A program made the translations under genes and the position numbers. Of a DNA stretch of 64,000 nt, positions 1 to 15,710 are shown piece after piece; the first letter of the stretch is position 1, and each line of letters opens with the position of its first letter. The DNA comes from Octopus vulgaris. Taxonomy: Eukaryota. The notes beneath the pieces are model-generated. The model made no database searches. It was not told the origin of the DNA and saw only the letters and a list, made by a program, of their open reading frames with translations. The stretch spans positions 82,646,001 through 82,710,000 of the forward strand of contig OX597818.1 in assembly GCA_951406725.2 (NCBI GenBank), given 5' to 3'.

Positions 1-731
1 ATATATATATACATATAGATGTAAATATATATATATATATATATATATACATACATACATACATACATACATACATACATACATACATACATACATACAT
101 ACATACATACATACATACATACATACATACTTACATACATACATACATACATATATATGTATGCATATATACGCACACATAATCCATCATAATGATAAAC
201 TTGTCTAAGTTTTCATTATCCCTTGTCTGCTCCGTTCCTCGGAGAATACGGTGTAATGGTGTAATAAAATTAGATTATTTGAGGGAAATTTCGTTGCTAT
301 CTCTATCACGAAGATCGATTACAGAGAATCTGTCCTGTTGTCCTATAATTTTTCCTGTTCACACGCAAAAACGGCCTACAATTGGATAGACGCCATAGAA
401 AATTTATAGATAACAGCAACAATAGATTTTTTTAAGTATGTCCATGGTTCCGTTCTTGGAATAAGGTTTGGTAAGGAATAAATGTTACTATTTTGTAGCA
501 GAAATGAGAATAAATTTCTTTTCTCTCTGCATGATTGCAGAGGAAAAATATTTACGTTTTTATGGTTGCGTTTTAAGACGTGTTTTTATATACTAGAATA
601 TTCATTCAATAACGAATACAAAAATACATACATATACAAAGATATGTACATATACTCACGGCTATACATATATATATGTGGGTTCACGTATGTGTGTGTC
701 TATGGGTGTATATACATAAATATTTGGAAGC

Positions 732-778
<47 letters not shown>

Positions 779-1183
779 CTTATATATATAGATGCATATA
801 CATATATGGGTATAAGTACGCGTGTGTGCGTTCATGCATGCGTAGGTACGCGCGCGTGTGTGTGCCTGTATATGTGCATGTGTATGTGCGTGTGTGTGGG
901 TGTTTGAATCAGTATAGGGATATAAAGAACTAGTCGTGTAGATGCATTGTTATAAATAAGAATATGGATTCATTTTCATGTGTAAGCAGTATATATATAT
1001 ATATATATACATGTATGTATATATACACATATATATATATATATACATGTATATATACACATATATATATATATACATGTATATATACACATGTATATAT
1101 ATGTATATGTGTATATATATGTGTATATAAATACATATATATATACATATACATACATACGTGTATATATATATATGTATATA

Positions 1184-1227
<44 letters not shown>

Positions 1228-1800
1228 CATATATGCATATACATATATTCGGGTAAGAATACATACTCTCGCATATAAATATATATATACGGACGGACAC
1301 AGATACATCATTAGACTTATATATATATATATATATATGTTTGTGTGTGTGTGTGTGTATATATACATATATATTTATGCATGTATGCATATATGCATAC
1401 CTATTGTTTAACGGTATGGTATTTGTGTAGAACGTTAGGGCATGATAATAATGTTCGGTGAAGCATTCTTCCTCACCATTCTGCACCATTTAGCGCATTT
1501 TATGAAAGTATATAACAATAGACAGACACACACACTCACACACATACGCTCACTCATTCACTCACAAACACACACACTCCCACACACACACACGCACCCA
1601 CAAACACACACATGTATATACATACTAACGTCCGACTGCTGCACGCGTATGTCAATACCTATGTGCGTTATTTTCTAGTCTAAACTATATTTTTGCACTT
1701 ATTTCGTTAAATATAATACGATACCTATTTCTGTGGATACATATATGTGTGTGCGTACGCGAATGTGTGTGTCCTTGTAAGTATGTGTATACATATATAC

Positions 1801-1876
<76 letters not shown>

Positions 1877-1901
1877 ATGTAGTATGTGTACATAAATAAC
1901 A

Positions 1902-1939
<38 letters not shown>

Positions 1940-2190
1940 TACATAAATGCATATTCATACATATGCATGTTGCGTCTGAATATATACATATATATATATA
2001 TTCCACACACACACGTGCTTTTGTATATATAAACGCAGATGGTGGAATAGTGATATGGATAGGGTGTTGGATGGATGCCTTCCCTTACTAGCACGTTCAG
2101 TTGCATACACGTACATAAACTAGTCTCACCTCTATAAAGTCATATGTACATATATATGTTTCCGTCTATACACATACGTACATTTATGCT

Positions 2191-2269
<79 letters not shown>

Positions 2270-2338
2270 TTATATAAATATATATAGATATTTACAACTA
2301 TATAGAGCCATATATGTAAATGTATGTATGTTTGTATG

Positions 2339-2390
<52 letters not shown>

Positions 2391-2527
2391 TATAGATATC
2401 ACTACGCATATAAATACGTCTCTTCACTTTTCTGAGCCGGTAAGTGAAGTGTGTACAGCACACTGGTTAGTCAGGCGCAAAGTGTATTAGATAGAGCGTG
2501 GAGACTACTCTCCATCTGGAATATTTC

Positions 2528-2529
2528 GT

Positions 2530-2560
<31 letters not shown>

Positions 2561-2983
2561 ACAAACCACCACCACCACCACTACCATCACCACCACCAAA
2601 CCACCACCCTCGCCATCACCACCACTCTCGCCATCACCACCACCATCGCTACCAATGTCATCGCCATCACAACAAGCGTCACCACTGTCACCAGCACACA
2701 GTCTGCTGGTATCCATATTTCTTTTATATTTCTCGTGATTATTTCTTAATTTTTAAAAAAATTTATATACATTTTATTTTTTCTTTTGATTACCACTATC
2801 AATCATCATGGACATAGGCAACAGAAATAGCGGCACTATCTGTGATGGCACTGTCACCACCGTTGCCACCGTTCCTACCTCCTGAACCAGCATCAACAAT
2901 AACCTCACTGTCATCATCATCATCATCATCATCATCACCACCACCACCACCACCACCACCATCATCACCACCACCACCATCAC

Positions 2984-3015
<32 letters not shown>

Positions 3016-3017
3016 CC

Positions 3018-3051
<34 letters not shown>

Positions 3052-3288
3052 TCATCACCACCACCACCACCATCATCATCATCAGCAGCAGCAGCAGCAG
3101 CGACGCATTCAACAGTACACATAAAAAGACCTTTGTTATCTCTATCACGTGTGTTACCGATACTACTACTACTACTACCACCACCACCACCACCACCACC
3201 ACCACCACACTACTACTACTACTACAACCGCCAACACCACATGCACCACCACTACTACTACTACTACAACCACCAACACCACCTGCAG

Positions 3289-3335
<47 letters not shown>
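2528..3335. repeat. Compound trinucleotide microsatellite region (CAT/CAC/CAG/CTA)n
   Basis: Direct inspection. Confidence 0.9.
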
Positions 3336-4094
3336 TCTATCCCATAATTGTAGCTGCTGCTACCGCTACAGTTGATTTATTAGCGCCATTATAATTGCTA
3401 TATACTATGATCTCAGCCACCACATCAACTTCCATCAATTCTAAACGTCTCATCATTACTAGCCATCGAGGAGAATTAGTAGCCAAGTCTTTCTAAAATC
3501 GCGTTTCAGAATAATAGACACATTAGATAATGTTTTATCTTTTATTCTTGATATTTATCTTTTAGTTTTATCATCGCTTACTTGTTTCTGTCATTAGACT
3601 GAGGCCATGCTGGAGCACCAACTTGAAGAATTTCATTCGAAAGATTCGACGTCAGTACTTACGTGTTTTAAAGTTTGGTACTTATTCTATCGGACTGTGC
3701 AATCGGACCGAGACACCAAGAACATCCTGAGTGTGTATTGATTAGCTTTGTGTGAAGTGTTGCTCAGATTCTGAACCCTTTTATCAGAGTAAACAACTGG
3801 TAAACCAATGATACAAGAGACGTTGAGACAACCAGAAACCAATTGCACATCAGGTTTTTGTACGAGTTTATCTTCTCTGAGAAGGTAGTTCTATCGAGAA
3901 CTAGAGAGCCTTCATTGTCAGTTATACACATCCTTGTTAACCCGGATTAGTAACGCATTAACAGGTGCCACTGCTCTGGGTCAGCGTAGACCTGGTAATA
4001 ATCCAGACTCCTTAAAATTTTGGAACTGACGTCCCACTACCGGATGTTGATTAAAGTTATACCCATGACATACAGACACACGTATGTACAATAG

Positions 4095-4487
4095 TTAGCA
4101 TGAGTCTGTGGTAAGAAGCATGCTTCCCAACCATATAGTTCCGGGTTCAGTCCCACTGCTTGGTACCTTGTGCGAATAGCTTCTGCTCTAGCCTCAGGCT
4201 GACCAAAGTCTTGTGAGTGGATTTGGAAGACGGAAACTGAAAGAAGCCCGTCAAATCTATGTGTGTGTGAGCGAGCGCGTCTTTGTGCCGGTATATGTTT
4301 CGCCACCACCACTTCACAACTGATATAGGTGTGTCTGCGTCCCCGTAACTTAGCGGTTCGCCAAAAGACACCGAGTGTATATGTACCAGGTTTAATAAAA
4401 TAAGTACTGGATTCGGTTCCTTTGACTAAAAATTCAAGGCCGTGCCCCAGTATGGTCGCAGTCGACGTGACTGAAGCGAGTCAAAAA
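4095..4487 (+). mobile_element. SINE family A copy
   Basis: Colinear with 30832-31262. Confidence 0.8.
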
Positions 4488-4609
4488 TATCAGATCAAAT
4501 ACACGTGTACCTATACACATTTTGTGCTTAGAGAAGCGTACATACGCATAAATATACATGAACAGCCACTCTCACACACTCACGTTCACATATACAAACA
4601 CATACACAC

Positions 4610-4965
4610 ACATACGCCTACATGAGTACACGCACAAAGACATACACGCACATAGGTACACAAACACAGATGCTTTCATGGGTACTCGCACACATATATA
4701 TAGTCAAACACATACACACAAACGCGCAAACACGCATACGCCTCCATGGGTACAGAAGTACAAAAACCTGCTCACAGATACATAAACACACACACACACA
4801 TACGCCTACATGGGTGTACAAACACCTGCATAGGTACACAAACACACACACATACGCCTACATGAGTGCACACAAACGCCTACATGGGTACTCAAACACG
4901 CACACACACAAAACCTGCATGGGTGCACAAACACACACACATACACCTACATGAGTGCACACAAA
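4610..4965. repeat. ~30-bp CA-rich minisatellite
   Basis: Recurrent ACGCCTACATGGGTRCAC core separated by variable (CA)n. Confidence 0.75.
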
Positions 4966-4966
4966 C

Positions 4967-5150
4967 GCCATGCTGGAGCACCGCCTTTAGTCGAGCAAAT
5001 CGACCCCAGGACTTATTCTTTGTAAGCCAAGTACTTATTCTATCAGTCTCTTTTGCCGAAACACTACGTTATATTAACGTAAATACACCAGCATCGGTTG
5101 TCAAGCGATGTTGTGGGGACAAACACAGACACACAAACATATACACACAC

Positions 5151-5207
<57 letters not shown>

Positions 5208-5378
5208 ACATACATATATACGGTGGGCTTCTTTCAGTTTCAGTCTAACAAATCCACTCATAAGGCTTTGGTCGACCCGAGGCTATAGTAGAAGACACTT
5301 GCCCAAGGTGCCACGCAGTGGGACTGAACCCGGAACCATGTGGTTGGTAAACAAGCTACTTACCACACAGCCACTTCT
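4967..5378 (-). mobile_element. SINE family A copy
   Basis: Reverse complement of family A with expanded internal (TA)n. Confidence 0.85.
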
Positions 5379-5879
5379 ACAATGCAAATAAACACACCAA
5401 GACCTTTGCGCATAAACATGCATAATCCATTCATGCCCAGATACATAATCCATTCAGGACCACACACAATCACACATAAACAAATACGTGCACGTAGACG
5501 CGCACATTCACACACACATACGCGCGCGCGCGTCAGAATGAAAATACACACATTGGCACGCTGGCTTATACATGAACAAACAAGCAAGCATGGACTTACA
5601 CAAAACCCTACAAGGAAACAACGCAGAGACGGGCATCAAGACAAACACGTTTACACTCACATACGCGCATAAATTCGGGTACGCACACACAACACACACA
5701 CATACACACATACAACACATACACGTTTTAAACACACAGACATACACATACACATACACTTAAACATACTGATACGCATGCGTGCAGTTTAACTTCAGTA
5801 TCAATATTCATTGATGTAGAAAAATAAGACATCAAGACAGGAAGAAAATCTCCATCCAGCCATACTTATATTCACACAC

Positions 5880-5910
<31 letters not shown>

Positions 5911-5973
5911 CTCATATACACACATATGCACACATACATACACATATATATATATACATACATATATATATAT

Positions 5974-6024
<51 letters not shown>

Positions 6025-7267
6025 TACATATAAATATATATTTATATTTATATAATTATACATACATACACACACACACATATATATATATATGATAAAA
6101 GAGAGATAGAGAGATGTATGCACGCACTGTAGCAGCAATTACATATATACAGACGCAGTGGTACTATATGCAATGACTAATAATTCAGAGACAAACATAG
6201 CCATCAAGCATTTCGATGCACGTACAAATATACTGACATAATCTCACACGCATACCTACTTTCCCAGACTAGTGCTTACACAATGAAATATAATTCACCG
6301 CTGGTCATATGCATATTACACATTCAAGGTGCATTACAGATAACTACAAAATTGCATAAATGCATCAAACTGAGATACGTGCAAACACATGCGAAATTTT
6401 ACAGTTGCACATTACTGAATTTCTGGCAGATACATGTAGAATTGCATACAAGTTACATGCAAAATTGCACGTACACATAATATTGGCTTGTGTATATTAG
6501 TATATATAATTGTGGAGTTGCATAAAACTAAAATGCATGAAGTAACACCTATACGTGCACAAACACTCTGAATTGAGGCAAATAAAATACGTTAAGTAAT
6601 TTTATTGGGTTCGAAAGATAGTCCTGACTTATTTCAAGATCGGAAAGAAACAAATGTTTCTTTGGTCTTCATTGAAATATTTAATCAAGATAAGATTCCG
6701 CTTCATTATTCTTTTCTACTCTGGGCACAAGGCCCAACATTTTGTGGGGAGGGGTAACAGTCGTTTAGATCGAAACCAGTACGCAACTGGTACTTAATTT
6801 ATAGACCCCGAAGGGATGAAATGCAAAGTCGACCTCGGCGGAATTTGAACTCAGTACATAAATACGAATGAATGATATAGTGTCATATACACACACATAT
6901 ATATCAGAAAACAATAAAAACTACATAGATGTATTTTACCTACAAACAAAATACAGTGTCTGGTTCTAATGATCGTGAGCGCAACACCGTAACCATTAGG
7001 CCTTGTGCCTTCATGTATACGAGTGGCTGTCAAAGTGTAAAAGTGCACAAATACATATCGTAAAACCGTTGTGCATATGTGATTACAGAATATCACAAAA
7101 CGTTGATAAGTACAGGCATACATACGCACATACATACACACACACACACATACATACATACATACATACATACATACATACATACATACATGCATACATA
7201 CATGCACACATACACACACACACACACATACATACATACATACATACATACATACATACACACATAC

Positions 7268-7312
<45 letters not shown>

Positions 7313-7315
7313 CAC

Positions 7316-7750
7316 TCTATCCAGATTACAACTTCCGGTTCATACCTGTAATTATTGGAGCACTGAGATATGTAACACACTGCCTAAATACCAATCTTAA
7401 GAAATTAGGCTTCTCAAAATCATAAAGAAGAAAGCTGATTCGAAGACTACAGATCAAATCCATCACTGGAACTGTAAAAGTCTGTAAAAGTTTCCAGACG
7501 TTTATCAATATATATATATAATGTGAGGTATACTAGCCATCTCAATATGGCTAACCACTAAGGGTGGGTGTTACTGTAGCTTGTAGCCCCAGGAGAATAT
7601 CGTCTTCAGCTGGCTTTAATCACATAAAAATATATATATATATATATATGTATATGTATGTATATGAGCATGTCTAGACATGCAGCTATATGCATAAGAA
7701 TACACACATAAAACAAAACATATATATCCGAACATACACATATATACATA
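7316..7750 (+). mobile_element. REL-type non-LTR retrotransposon 3' end (second family), copy 1
   Basis: LYPDYNFRFIPVIIGALRYV..CLNTNLKKLGFSKS*RRKLIRRLQIKSITGTVKVCK. 3' UTR homologous to 40290-40360. Starts at (TA)n. Confidence 0.8.
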
Positions 7751-8983
7751 CAAAGATGGCTCGTATTAGTTTACGCGTGACGGCTAAACTAAACTATACA
7801 CATATATTTTTTATCGCTGTGCATCATTTGCCTATGTATACTTTTGCTTCCTATTTTATTCGGATAAACACTTCTAGCCATTCCAGGTTTAAAGTATTAC
7901 ATCATAATTTTATAATTAATTATGATGAAGAACTGTATTTTTTAAAAATATTATAAAATCGTATTTTGTATATTGTATATTGTAGAGTGTAACTAATTTA
8001 TTACCGATAAAGTTTAGCAGCAAACTCTGCTAAGGACCCCCAAAGGTCATACAGACCGCAGTTGCAAACCGTTGATGTAAAAGCATGTGCGTGTGTGCAC
8101 GTACTTATGTATGTGCCTATTGCGATGTATGCATGTGTGCAATTGTTTATCGAAGGAAACTGCGTGATATTGTTGGTTGTATGTTTATACATTGATTGTT
8201 TTTTTTTTGTTTTGTTTTATATATTGCTAAAAACGAACTCTAGAAGATGTGCCAAATTGTATGCTTAATAATTTGGGCGCAGGTGATAACTGTAAAGGGG
8301 AGGTCACTGTGACGTTAATACTAGTTTGGTCGCGATGCATTTTCCAGTTGTGAAAAGAAGAAAGGAAAAAGAGAAGAAACCGAAGATGAGTTGTAATAGG
8401 ATCATGTAGCAATTCTGTTCGAATGCCGTAATGGCAGGCGAGAAAACACCTGCTCCTCTGAGGACATGGAGAGATTAGACCTGCGAGTGCATGTGTGTTT
8501 GTGTGTGTTTGTGTGCGTGTGTGTGTGTGTGTGTGTGCGCGTACGCATGTGTGTGTATGTGTGTTTTCTCCCCATGTTATGTTTTCGTGTCCAAAGTGTG
8601 TAATCCGACACAAGATAGAATTACAATAAAAAGTATTTGAATGCGTCGAATGATGATCTAATACCGATCCATCCATGATGTGAAAAGTATTGGGTTTTTA
8701 TATTTTTCGAAAACACCTTCATATATATAAAAATATACTCACACACACACCCGCACACACATACATATATGCGTATATATGTATATATATGTATCCATAT
8801 ATCTATATCAATATATATGTATGTTTATATGTACGTGTGTGTGTATGTGTGTGTGTGTGTGTATACGCATGTATTTAAACAAACATATCTCTCTAAGTCG
8901 ATATACAATTATACGCATAGTATGTATATATGTGTTTGTGTGTGTATGCGAGCGCACACGGTCGTGTGTGTGTTTGTACCTAT

Positions 8984-9033
<50 letters not shown>

Positions 9034-9413
9034 CTCTCTCTATCTATCTATCTCTCTCTCTATATATATATATGCATGATGTTCTACTGGCACCAATCAG
9101 TGATATAAGGTATCTTGTTATTATTTTTCAAACATACATACACATACACGCATATATGCATACACACATGCACACAGACATACACACACATAGACGACGT
9201 TTAATAGAACCCAGTTATTAAACGGTGTGGGAATACGCACAAATAGACATCCCCCAAACCACACCTTTTATTTACGTATGTGTGTATGTATATATATATA
9301 TATATATATATACACAATATATATATATATATGTATATATACACAATATATATATATACACACAATATATGTATATATACATACATACACACACACACAC
9401 ATATATATATATA

Positions 9414-10583
9414 TCTTTATATATATAAAACTGAGAAGGTGTGTCTGTCTGTCTGCCTGTGTGTTTCCCTAAAACTTGAGAACTACACAACCAATTTCAT
9501 TCAAATTTTATATATGCCTTACTTAGGGTCCGGGGAGTGTCATCGGCAAAAAAATATTTTACTTTTTGCCTAGGGCGAGCCCACAGCAATGTCATATCTT
9601 CTCCACTACGATTCCCTAAAACTTGTGAACTACACAACCAATTCCATTCAAATTTTACACATGTCTTACTTAGGGTCCATGTAGTTTCACGGACAAAAAA
9701 AAATGTTCAACTTCTTGCCTAGAGCGAGCCCATAGCAATATCATATCTTCTCCACTAATTCAGTATTACGTGTTAAAAGTGAAACAAAAACGTTTCTCTA
9801 TTTTATGTCAGATACTTTCACTTTAACAATAAAAATAATGATAACAATTGAATTATATGTAGTAAGTAATAATCAAAATCAGACTAAAGTATACTATAAT
9901 CGTAACATATCAAAAGTAAAAATAGCAATTTGTATAAAAGTGCATCAATGACTTGAACTTGAATAAGTGGTTTCACATGAATGGGAATAAATTAAAAATA
10001 AATTTAGCGTGCAGAAATGGAATAGTCCAGATGGATAATAAAAAATTAAATTAAAGAAAAGACTATTGTCTATAAAGTATACAATGTAGAGAAAAAAGAA
10101 GATTTAAACACATGGAGGAAAGCACCTTCGAAAAGTGTCTTGGTGCGACTATGAAAGATATCTAATCAGAGGCAGTAAATTCGCCACAATAGAAGCAAGG
10201 TTCGACTCAACGGAGCGTGCAAGGGAGTACTCAACTCGAACTTGCAAAGTGGAAATATTTTACTTCTACCTCTATATCTGGGACGTAGGACGTCCTGGAA
10301 AAAAATTTAAAATGCCCCCACAGAAGTAGAGGTAGGCTGGATTGTAGCCACAAGAGGGAGGACAAGATACAATTGATCGAAATTACAAGAGACGGGCTAA
10401 CAATTCCAGTCTGTTATATTTTTTGAGTATTGTTATCACTAGCAATATCAAGATATAACTTTGTATTTTGTATTTATGTGTAGATGTATATATATAGATG
10501 TACATGTAATATGTACACATATATATACACATATATACATGCACTAACACTATGACTCGGCAACGACGGGTCTTTAATGCTAG
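9414..10583 (+). mobile_element. Non-autonomous Helitron
   Basis: A|TCTTTATATATATAAAA start, hairpin GACTCG-GCAACGA-CGGGTC (10554-10572), CTAG|T end. Internal ~146-bp tandem duplication (9467-9755). Confidence 0.8.
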
Positions 10584-11334
10584 TATATATATATGCACAT
10601 AAATATATATGTCTGTGTGTGGTCAATGCTCACTTCTGTCTGAGTGTGTCTTTGTGTTTGTGTTTGTCCACCATCAACCCTTCGCAACCGGTGCTGGTGT
10701 ATTTACGGCGACGTAACTTAGCAGTTCGGTATAAGAGTAAATAGTAGACTTAAAGTTACTTCGTTTCACTTAAATTCTTTAAGGCGGTGCCCAGTATGGA
10801 CGCAAAATGATAAAAATGAAAAGATATTATTTATAGAATTATTTTTGGGGTCGATGAAACGGCTACTAGTTCAGCATTGCAGTTAATGTTATCGATATAC
10901 CCTTAAAATTGTAGGTCTAGTGGCTGTTGCATAAATGACTTTTAATGCGTTTTTGCAAAGCGGCAAGCTGGCAGAATAATGAACATACTAGAGAAAATTG
11001 TTTAGCATTATCTACTCCGGCTTTACGATCTGAGTTCAAATACAATCGACTTTCCATTACTTCGTGGTCGACAAAATGAAGTATGAGTCAAGCAGTCCAC
11101 CCAAATATCAGGCCTATAGTAGAAAAAAATCATGAGTGGCTGTTGAACATCGGAAGAGGTTCGCAAGTCTTGAATCGCTAACCTTTAGAGAATTTGCTAA
11201 AAAGATTTTCCTTTGACTTGTCAAAGGTGACAGAATCCTTAACAACCGGTGATTATTCTGAATCAGAATTTGCGTCCACCTGAAGAACCCTTTGTGGGAT
11301 TATGTACGAGTAACATTTCCTGAGTCCACAGACG

Positions 11335-11405
<71 letters not shown>

Positions 11406-11643
11406 TATATAGGCGCAGGGTGGGTTTGTGGTAAGAAGCTTGGTTTCCAACCACATTGTTAAGTGTTTAGTCCCACTGTGTGACACCTTGGGCAAGTGTA
11501 TTCTAGTATCGCCTCGGGCCGACCAAAGCCTTGTCAGTGGATTTGATAGACGGAAACTAAAAGAAGCCCGTAGTGAAACAAGTAAAGGCATAAAGGAATA
11601 TATATATTCCTTTTATATATATATATATATATATATATTCCTT

Positions 11644-11707
<64 letters not shown>

Positions 11708-11762
11708 TACAAAAAAAAAAGTCAAGGTAGAAAATACTAAAATGATTTTATAAAACACATTT

Positions 11763-11798
11763 CAGTATCGGTTTCAGTCATTGAGACATCTTCAACTG
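11763..11798 (-). ncRNA. Degenerate minimal type-I hammerhead in a solo PLE-like terminus
   Basis: Minus strand CAG-TTGAAGA-T-GTC-TCAAT-GAC-T-GAAA-CCG-ATA-CTG. Stem I CAG/CTG, stem II GTC/GAC. Next to (TA)n(CA)n. Confidence 0.5.
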
Positions 11799-12338
11799 TA
11801 AGTATGGTAAACAATTAAATTTTGGAAAAATTAAATGAAAAGTTTTTAAAAAGAATATTTGTATAGTATTTAAATACAAGTGGCATTTTCCTTGTTTCTG
11901 CCTGTCTCTGTCTCCCTTGTTTACTCTTGTGGGTTTAGCGAGCCAGACAGTCGGACAAACAGAGAGACAGACAGATAGACAGATAGATACACACTTCTAT
12001 CCGTAAATATAATAGCATACATATGCATATATGCACATAAAATATACAAGCATATACAAATGTGAGCCAACGAGCACATACAAGTACGCATGTGCGTGTG
12101 AACGTGTGTAAGAGTGCATGTGTGCGCGTACACATAGGCACATACACACTCACAGTCGCGTACACAAAAATTGGTGTTTGTGTTTGGGCACCTTTGTACA
12201 GGAGCACCAAACTATATAACAAGTCTACAAAATAATGCTTTTTCAGACATATTCAATATTCGTGTATATGTGTGCGTGGATAAATATATGTGTGTATGTG
12301 TGTGTGCGTGAGTGTATGCATATATATATATATATATT

Positions 12339-12379
<41 letters not shown>

Positions 12380-13134
12380 TCTAGATGTACGAATACGTAT
12401 TTGTATAGATGGATATATATATACATACATACATACATACATACATACATACATAAATACATACATGCACACAGACATACACGCACACATAGACATACAC
12501 ACACACACACAGACGGTTATACGCATGCATTCATAGATTACCAACATGACTTATTACGCCTTGCTAGCTAACTACTGCGGGCATGGGTTTGGTGCGGTGC
12601 GGTGTGGTGCGGTGATGGTTTCCTATGTCAGAATTTCACGGTCGGATGGTTTGCATGTCGTTGTTATTGATCGATCGTAGCTATGGAATTTATGGCCGAC
12701 AGAAACTTTTTGGGTAGTAAGGCTAACTCTCGTGTGATGTGGAAGACATGTTGTACTTTGGTTAAAGGCATAGTGTGAACGGGTGAACACGAGAAGTAGA
12801 GGTTTCAGAGAAAGAGAAAGAGAGCGAGAGGGAGAGAGGGAGAGAAAGAGATAGAGTGTGAGAAAGAAAGAGAGAGAGCGAGAGAGAGGGTGTGTGTAAG
12901 GGAGATGGAAGAGTGCTGAGGGTAGGAGGATTGTGGAAAGGAAACTTTATTGAGAAGAACTAAAGGTCTCGCTCGGCATCACTTCATTTCACGTGACCTC
13001 ACCACACCTCATCGAAAAGGCTGTGAGCTATGGTTGGCAAAACACGCACACATGTCTTAAATACGCATAGACGAAGCAATCCTAACTCCATAGATGCGCT
13101 TCAGACACACATTCACATAAATACACACACACAC

Positions 13135-13245
<111 letters not shown>

Positions 13246-13746
13246 TTTGTGCTGACGTAGTCATATATTGAATATGAGATATTTTGCAAGCACGCATACG
13301 TGTATATGCATACACATGGATAAATTAACATAACCGTGTGTTTGTTCATGCAAGGCTGTGTGTGAGTGTCCTTGTGCGTACATGTGTGTACATATATACA
13401 CCCACAAACTGAGGTATATATGATAACGATCATATACACAGTGTTTTTCAGACATTGACAAAGAGACTATAAACACCTAAATTCGCCTTGTCGTAACTGC
13501 CACTATACCAAAACAGGAGAGCCCAACCTATACTGATAAATACTCGTGACTTGGCACAACTGACGTCTTTCAGTGTGTAACTGACATCCATCAATCTGTT
13601 AGTTTCAACACCCACTCGAGTAGCAAACCACGATCATTCATATTCCAACCGCCATCATTAACACCACAACAAACAATAGTTATACTGCATTCACCCGTAA
13701 TGCAAGATACATACATTGAAGTATGCATACATACACACATATAGAG

Positions 13747-13785
<39 letters not shown>

Positions 13786-13915
13786 CATACATAGATATAT
13801 ACACATAAATTTATATATATAAATGTATAAACTATGATATACTTATATATATATATATATATACATACATAGATATATACACATAAATTTATATATATAA
13901 ATGTATAAACTATGA

Positions 13916-13958
<43 letters not shown>

Positions 13959-13988
13959 CATACGCACATATGTACATTTACATATGCA

Positions 13989-14037
<49 letters not shown>

Positions 14038-14399
14038 AATATGAGCATATTCATGTATATATACATTTATTTACGTTGGTATGTGTGTCTCTGTTTTTGT
14101 GTTTCCTACTTCACCTCACACAACTATGCACACCTTACACACACATTTTCATAATTACAAACGCAGAATACCTCACTATGACTCATGCATGGTTGGGAAA
14201 ATAATTACAAGATTCAACAAATTTGGCCCGAGTGTAGAACATTGCAAGCGTAAACTTACTGGAAGTCATACTTCAAGGAAACTTGTGAAACAACCCACCC
14301 ACCCCTCTTAGAATCCTTACAGAATTTAACCACCCGTCGGACGAAATAACTTTCAACAAGAGCACTAATTATACCCCAACAAAGCAGTTTTAAACAAGA

Positions 14400-14940
14400 T
14401 TGAAAACTACTATAGCTTAGCAATATCATGTAACCGATGTAACAAAAGAATAAGGAATTCTACACTGGGCGACCAGCTAAAGCAATAGAAAGAGGAAAGG
14501 CCATATATTAAAGAGTCCCACGCTGTAGTAAATACTGCTGCAATATACTTAGAAAACATATAGAGAACGACCATAAGCTCCACATTATGCTCAACAGAAA
14601 TATCATTAAGATAAGCTATAGCTGCATGAAAAGCTTATACGATTTTATAAAGATTCACAATAATAAAATATATCATTATTGTATATCATACTGATGTCTC
14701 CATACTAACACATTTATAAATTACATAGGAGATATAGAGTACTAATCACTCCGTTAATACTGCAGCATGTTCAGGACCCATTTGAAAATCAAGAGACAAC
14801 GGGCTGAAACAACAGTCAGTATATGGGAGTGTAAGAAAATGTATATTACGAGCCATTGAAGTTTGTAATGTACCTCTCCGCTTCAGAAACTTCGTGTCAA
14901 CTGCCAATTTAAACGTCATGCCAGTGCCATGTAAATGCAA
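14400..14940 (+). mobile_element. Highly decayed Hydra-like PLE fragment
   Basis: HKLHIMLNRNIIKISYSCMKSLYDFIKIHNNK (~14570-14670) resembles the FNRNTxKxSYSCM linker motif. Downstream YIG and IWE remnants. Confidence 0.6.
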
Positions 14941-15072
14941 GGCCCTTTATACTCTGTAAAGCGGTCGGTGTAAGAAAGGGCATCCAACCCTTGGATTTTA
15001 CCACTTCTGAGGTTCCACTCGCTATGAAACATATGTAGTACGCTTGTTTTTATGCCGTAACCGTTGTATATG

Positions 15073-15143
<71 letters not shown>

Positions 15144-15630
15144 GTATATATATATATGTATCTATCTATGAGTGGGTCTTTGTGTCTGTGTTTCTGCACC
15201 TATCACCTCTTGACAATGGATGTTGGTGTGTTTACGTTCTATAAAACTAGCCGTTCCGCGAAAGACACTAATAGGGTAAGTATTAAGCTTTAAAAATTAA
15301 GTTCTGACTTCGATTTGTTTGACTAAAACCACTCAAGGCGATGCTCCATCGTGTCATAGTCAAATAACTAAAAGAAGGCAATGAATAAAAGTATATAATT
15401 TCAGGTCGTTCTGGAGTGCTTCTGGTAACATATAACCCATTACAACCCAATACAACCAGTCACTTGTTTGTTGAAGGAAATAGTTATTGAACACTCTGTG
15501 GGATGAGAAGCAAGACCTGTCTGAAGGCGGGGTAACTTCCGAGAGACGGTTATCCAATTGAAGTCTGCTGTTCTTCAGTCACGTAGAGTACTTGATGTAC
15601 TAGTAAAATGTGACTGATCCTATACAAACC

Positions 15631-15708
<78 letters not shown>

Positions 15709-15710
<2 letters not shown>

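Noticed and set aside
2451-3394. Ser/Pro/Thr/Asp/Gly-rich ORFs
   Set aside because: Compound trinucleotide repeats with no domain or convincing splice context.
13750-13920. Duplicated compound-microsatellite blocks (also ~43260-43560, 61070-61160)
   Set aside because: Ordinary slippage duplications or assembly artefacts.
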